Of a stretch of DNA of 64,000 nt, positions 58,741 to 64,000 are shown in pieces. A program made the position numbers and the translations under genes. The notes beneath the pieces are model-generated. The model did not search any database. It saw only the letters and a program-made list of their open reading frames with translations, and was not told the DNA's origin. The stretch's first letter is position 1. Each line of letters begins with the position of its first letter. Where the stretch lies: contig NC_057863.1 in NCBI RefSeq assembly GCF_019393635.1, positions 490,584,948 through 490,648,947 of the forward strand, in the 5' to 3' direction. The DNA is from Dromiciops gliroides. Its lineage: Eukaryota.

Positions 58741-59882
58741 TTTTAAACTACAAAGAGTATTAGACTTACAAGTTCATTGCTTATTTTTCTTTTTTTAATG
58801 TTATTTTCATTTATTGAAATATTTTATTTTCATTTATTTTCCTTTTATTTTCAGTTTTGAGGTCCCTCTCTAGTCCCTCCCCTACCCATTGAGAAAGAAA
58901 AAAAAAGTTTACAAATATGTATCATGCAAAAGAAATTCCTACATTACCCATGTCCAAAAAAAATATTCTTCAATTTGCTCTGAGTCCATCACCTCTATAT
59001 TTGGAGGAGGACAGCATGTTTTATCATGAGTCAGGGTCCTTGTTTATTAATAGAAAATCCCTATCCCTTTTCAGAGAACACATAAATGAATGTTACTAAA
59101 AAATTAGTAATTTGTAATGTATCCGTTATAATTTTGTTTTTCTCCCTTGATGCTAGATCTTTCCTAATTATCTTGACTTGCTAGCTATGGGCCAGTAGCT
59201 CTAATGATTATGACATGATTCTGCTTAGAACAAGGTCATAAGCTTCCTACCTATATAGTCCAGATCGATTTATTCGAACAAAAGGCTCTGTTGTCATGGA
59301 CTTTCCCAAAGAGAGGTCTTTTTGGTCCCAAAAGGTATGGTATGGGTTCAGTATAAACCTATAACACTAATGTGAAGATTGCTTCATCTTTCTGGCCCTC
59401 AGTTTCCTAATTTGCAAAATGAAGGAAATGGATTCAGGTATCACCAATGCCCCTTTTAGCCATGATGATCAATGCTGCTATGATTCTATAAATAGGAAGA
59501 AATAAAATAAAATTATAATTTGTAAGACAAAAATTGAAGAGAGATTAATAACTGAGGAAAAGTTGACAAAAATTGTATTATAACATGGAAAAGAGTGAAA
59601 AGATAGGTGGCCTCCTCTGTACTTAGACCATTTGGGCAATAAGATGGTGGATTTGGGCTCTTTTACTGAGGTTGCGACTAGAATTGACATTGTTATGTTG
59701 TCAGGTTGTTGCTTTGTTTCTAAAATGATAGAGGCACATTTAAACATGCCTGACGAACCCCTTTTAAAGTCTTTCCTGATAATGGGGAGGTTTGGGAAGG
59801 AATAGAAGAAGACGCCAGAAGAGTCAACAGGGCTCTGTGAAGAAACATCGGGTTAATTGAACCAAAAAATGTGTTTGAAAAG

Positions 59883-60006
59883 CTCAAAGAAGTCCAACAG
59901 AAGAAACAGGAGGAGTTGAAGAGGCAGCAATTAGAACAGATCCAGAGGCTCCTGGAGGAGCAAGAGAAACTACTGACTATGGTGTCTGGGCAACAGACAC
60001 ACTCAG
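59883..60006 (+). CDS. CENPJ: CENPJ exon 3. Encodes [41 protein letters not shown].
   Basis: The translation matches human [37 protein letters not shown]. The acceptor is tttgaaaag|CTC and the donor is ACTCAG|gtaaga. The exon is 124 nt and starts in phase 0. Confidence 0.85.
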
Positions 60007-61313
60007 GTAAGACTTAGTAGCCATATATGTGACTCAGTTTATATAAATGCTTTATGTTCACTGATTTTCTTTCCATTATAGTGTTTCGATAAGTGGTTGG
60101 TAGGATCCTTTTTCATATATAAAGATCGGTACTCAGGCAATAAAAATATAGGTTTTTGGGAGATGATAGTAGGATAGATATGAACTAGAATCTGGGTTCT
60201 CTTTGTTCACCTACAGAATGGAACTAGAATTGTGTTCTGACACTTTTTATGTTGTAAGCTATAATGAATGATAGACATCGAATCTAGAATAAAGATTTAC
60301 TGTAATGTGTTGTGTCGTGTCTAGAAGAAGGTAACTGGGAAAATGAGAGATCTGGAAACTAAGCTCTGTTAAGAACAGTTAAGTAAAATGGGAATGTTTA
60401 GCTTGGAGAAGACTTAGGTGAGATATAATAGTGGCTCAGCTACATGAAAGGATACCAAAATAGCTTAAACATGTTTGTCTCGAGGGCAACTAAAACTAAT
60501 GGATAAAAATTATAGGAAAGCAGATTCCTGCTCAAAGTAAGGAAGAACTTCCTAATGAATAGAGCTATCTTTATTGTGTGAACTCTTGGCAACTTGCATT
60601 ATTCAGGAAGAAGCTGGATGTCAGAAGTTGTTCCATTAGCAATGAGGTTTGGCTATTTGACCTTTAAAAGTCCCTTCCAACTTTGAGATTCTACAGGTAG
60701 CATGGGTCATAAAGTGGGGAGGGCATGGATGTGATTGGTGGCATTAACTTAGATTTAGAGCACTTCAATTCTGACTTCTAGATGCACGTGAGGTGAGTTA
60801 GGAGAATAGCTGGGATCCCAGTAGCGAGGGAAGTGGTTGTGATAAGGTTGGCCTAGTACTGTTTTGACGTGTGCTTGAGTTACTGATATGTACTGATAGG
60901 GAATTTTTTGTAAGCCATATATCTTTTGGATCCTCAGAAGTATAGGATTAGGAATTTTGGGAGTTAAAGGGAGCATTCTTTGTTCCTTCAAGGAAATGAT
61001 TAAATAAGAGTATAGAGAACTAAATGCATATTCAAGAATGTGCTGCTGGAAAAAAATGTACTTCATTACTGAATAATGCTACTTTTCCTGAATTTGAGTG
61101 CCAACAAATATGTCCCTAATTAAAATCGTGTAGAACTTTGTGTTGAAAATACCAGCATTATTTCATTTAGCTTATTTCATTAAAATGGCACTTTATTTAT
61201 TATTTCATTTCTGGTTAAGTAGATGAGTGGAAGGGATAGGATTGTAGGAGTAGATTAGTAAAATGAGAAAATTTTTCATAAAATATTAATTTTGCTTGTG
61301 TTTTCTTCATAAG

Positions 61314-61625
61314 GCTTGACTTTACTGTCTGAAGATCAGAGCCCCAAATATGGAACTTCCATTAATTCTACTACACACAAAACCATGCATTTCTTGTCAC
61401 ATGTGTACCAGAATCAAACCAGAGAAAAAACTCATGGTCCTGAAATTTCATCTTGTGGTTCTGTACAAGAAAGAGAAATTAATCCGTGCAGGACTATGAG
61501 TAAGGAATGTGTCTTGTCTTCAAAAGGTGGTAGTATTTCTCCAGACTTTTTTCATGAGGCACAGTGTCTAGAAGCATCTGTAAAAACACAGAATGATTTG
61601 AAAGAAGAAAATAAAAATATTTCAG
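61314..61625 (+). CDS. CENPJ: CENPJ exon 4. Encodes (G)LTLLSEDQSPKYGTSINSTTHKTMHFLSHVYQNQTREKTHGPEISSCGSVQEREINPCRTMSKECVLSSKGGSISPDFFHEAQCLEASVKTQNDLKEENKNIS(G).
   Basis: The translation aligns to human [41 protein letters not shown]...[30 protein letters not shown]. The acceptor is ttcataag|GC and the donor is TTTCAG|gtgagc. The exon is 312 nt and its phase is consistent with the flanking exons. Confidence 0.85.
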
Positions 61626-61861
61626 GTGAGCTATCTTTTGAACTTAGTGTCTTTATATCTAAATAATATTCTGAATCTCTCTTTCTATATACCTGTAGGA
61701 ATGCCATTGGGCTATTCCATGATAGAATTCTTTTCTGATACTATTGTTTTGTTAACTTTCTGCCTCCCCTTGTTTGTCTCTCCCTCTTCCTGCTTGTTCC
61801 CTCCCCCACTCATGTGAGTGCCCTTGAGCTCTTGCGCTCTCTCTTGCACTCTCTCTTGCTC

Positions 61862-61869
61862 TTTTGCGC

Positions 61870-61912
<43 letters not shown>
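61862..61912. repeat. (CT)n-(CA)n compound microsatellite just downstream of CENPJ exon 4.
   Basis: The sequence is ctctctctctctctctctctcacacacacacacacacacacag. Confidence 0.95.
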
Positions 61913-61914
<2 letters not shown>

Positions 61915-62559
61915 TTTCATTACAGTAGAAGGTCCAGGATGCTGCAGAGTCACTGAGTTTGGGTTGGCCACAGGTTTTGTGTCTTTTCCACTAGCATTTG
62001 TAACTCTGACAACAATTCAAAATTCTACAGGCTTTTCCAAGTGAAACAAAAGTTTTAAAGCTCACCGTGAGAGGATAGACACAGCTTTTGAGTGTGTAAT
62101 TTTTTTTTTCCTTTTAATCACATACGAATAGGACAGTATGGTAGAGTAGAAGGATTATTAGAGTAGGAACTTGAAAGGCTTTAATTCTAGGCCTACCTCT
62201 GCTCTTTACTAGCTATGTGTCTTCCAAAGAGTCAATTAAGGTCACTGAACCTTGGTTTTGTCATATTTTACATTATCTCTAATACTTGTTAGGATCACGT
62301 AAGATTATATATATATAAAATCATTTTGTAAACTTATATGCTAGTATTATATAATTTTTTTGGTTTGTTTAATTTGTGGCCTGAATCCATCAGTCACCTG
62401 CTTTTGGGCCCAGCATGCTTCCAATGTACTATTGTGCTATACCTGAATATTTTGTATAATTCTAGAGTTTTAAGAACATTTATTTTGGCTCTATATGAAT
62501 TTGAAAGCTTGTGACACTTTGCATATCTTCAACTAAATATTTCCCAATTCATATCGTAG

Positions 62560-62701
62560 GGGAAAGTGTACTACCATGTTGGGAGAAAATGACAGAACAG
62601 TTACCAGAAGGGAAAGAGGTTACAAACTCAAAAAAACCTGGTGATTCCTCTGATATTAACAATGGAAGAAAATTGTTAGCAGTGTCTAGTATTGAAGAAA
62701 G
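62560..62701 (+). CDS. CENPJ: CENPJ exon 5. Encodes (G)ESVLPCWEKMTEQLPEGKEVTNSKKPGDSSDINNGRKLLAVSSIEE(R).
   Basis: The translation matches human [47 protein letters not shown]. The acceptor is atatcgtag|GG and the donor is GAAAG|gtatct. The exon is 142 nt and its phase is consistent. Confidence 0.8.
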
Positions 62702-63002
62702 GTATCTATGTTGATTAACATATTAGATATTACATATATATTTTTTTGCATTAAGGTATTACAGTTGAATATGAGTTATTTGTTAAGTGGTGGGGAATCC
62801 TTTTACTTAATCATGAAAAATATGTTTTAATTCAGTTAAAAGAATTTATTATGTACTTATTATCTACAAGGTATTTATGCTGGGTATGCAAGGACTAAAA
62901 AGTAATACTCATTCTTTTGGAGGAAGAAAATCCAGACATAAGTATAATCCCAAGGTAGGGTGTCACAAGGGCTATTAGGAAAGGGCTATCAAGAAGTTGT
63001 AA

Positions 63003-63158
63003 CTGGGGCAGCTAGGTAGCGTAGTGGATAGAGCACCGGCCCTGAAGTCAGGAGTACCTGAGTTCAAATCTGGCCTCAGACACTTAACACACACTTACTA
63101 GCTGTGTGACCCTGGGCAAGTCACTTAACCCCAATTGCCTCACCAAACAAACAAACAA
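63003..63158 (+). mobile_element. tRNA-derived SINE in CENPJ intron 5.
   Basis: The sequence is ggggcagctaggtagcgtagtggatagagcaccggccctgaagtcaggagtacctgagttcaaatctggcctcagacacttaacacacacttactagctgtgtgaccctgggcaagtcacttaaccccaattgcctcaccaaacaaacaaac. Confidence 0.9.
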
Positions 63159-64000
63159 AAAAGAAGTTGTAACTAAGTTGAATGTTGCAGGAAGAGAAAG
63201 ATTCTCAAAGGTCTACATATGGAGGGAGTATATTCTAGGTATGGGGGTGGGGGTGGGATAGCCAGTGTAAATGTATGACCCATGGGAGATGGCTGTTGAA
63301 TTTCTGGGAACAGTTGGTAGTGCAGTTTGATTATTACATAAACTGTAAAGACAAGTAGTGTGAAAATAAGACAGAATGGTAGGATCTAATTGTGGAAGAA
63401 CTTAAATTTTAGAATAGGGAGTTTGTAGCTTATCCTCTGGACCAGAACTTTTTTGATCATGCACTCCATTAGCAAAAAAAATAAAATTAAATAAAATTAA
63501 AGTTTGTGCATGTACTCCAGTTATGTGTATTTACTTATGTATTATTTACATGTACTATTAATTTTATTTACCTTATAAAGCTTAAAAATAGGTGTGATGT
63601 TTTATCTTAGAGTAACTAGGGAGTCACTGTAATCTTATTGAATAGAGAGATAACATGGTCAGACCTGCACTTTAAAAAAATTCTTTTGGCAGCTGTGTGG
63701 AAAATGAATGGGGGTGGGGTGGGAATTTGAGGCAGAGAAATCAAGAAAGGCTATTGAAATAGCCCAGGTAGGAAGTGATAAGACAACAACATCGTAAGAG
63801 ATGGGGATGTGTGAGATGTGGTAGAGATAGAGATGACAGGATTTGGCAACTGACTAGATATGTGGGGTGAGGGAAGGTTAGATGTCAAAAGAGAAGGACA
63901 ACAGAAACATGGAAATTTGGAAGAGAGTTGAGTTTTGGGAAAAAAGTAATGAGTTCTCTTTTACCTTTGTTGAGTTTGAGATGGCATATCCTGATCAAAA

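Noticed and set aside
58405-58798. Long overlapping ORFs on both strands (108 aa and 129 aa) with repetitive peptides such as …LGLSDLPRVTQLVSVKCLRPDLNSGPPE….
   Set aside because: They lie entirely within tandem SINE copies, and the reading frames stay open only because of SINE sequence composition. The same peptide motifs recur in every SINE in the window (for example 1054-1281, 18329-18576, 29028-29317, 31423-31779, 41472-41903, 44160-44402, 50133-50349). They are not genes.

Overview
This window is eukaryotic nuclear DNA, not a prokaryotic locus. It is AT-rich and intron-dominated, with decayed LINE-1 ORFs and dozens of copies of a ~140-bp tRNA-derived SINE. The repeat set looks like a marsupial genome (opossum/dasyurid-like). 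Two conserved protein-coding genes lie head-to-head. PARP4 (vault poly-ADP-ribose polymerase) is on the minus strand: 11 exons are placed with good support and one is tentative, from the VIT-domain exon at 2.65 kb up to the first coding exon (ATG at 43,843). CENPJ/CPAP is on the plus strand: a putative non-coding exon 1 sits in a CpG island (~52.1-53.1 kb) and coding exons 2-5 lie at 57.6-62.7 kb. The ~8 kb between the two 5' ends ends in one CpG island that probably acts as a bidirectional promoter. All long ORFs in the six-frame track other than these exons come from SINE or LINE sequence or from GC-rich noise. I found no CRISPR array, operon, defence island or other prokaryotic system, and nothing I would call a new biological system. 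The points most worth a second look are: (a) the PARP4/CENPJ head-to-head arrangement and its CpG island; (b) a CpG-rich LTR-derived fragment carrying a strong splice donor inside a PARP4 intron; (c) a tandem triplication of the SINE 3' half immediately downstream of CENPJ exon 2; (d) inverted SINE pairs in introns; (e) a few PARP4 exons that should be here but could not be located by eye. Exon calls were made by matching translated sequence to human PARP4 and CENPJ protein sequence recalled from memory, so residue-level comparisons are approximate. Splice sites were read directly from the sequence.
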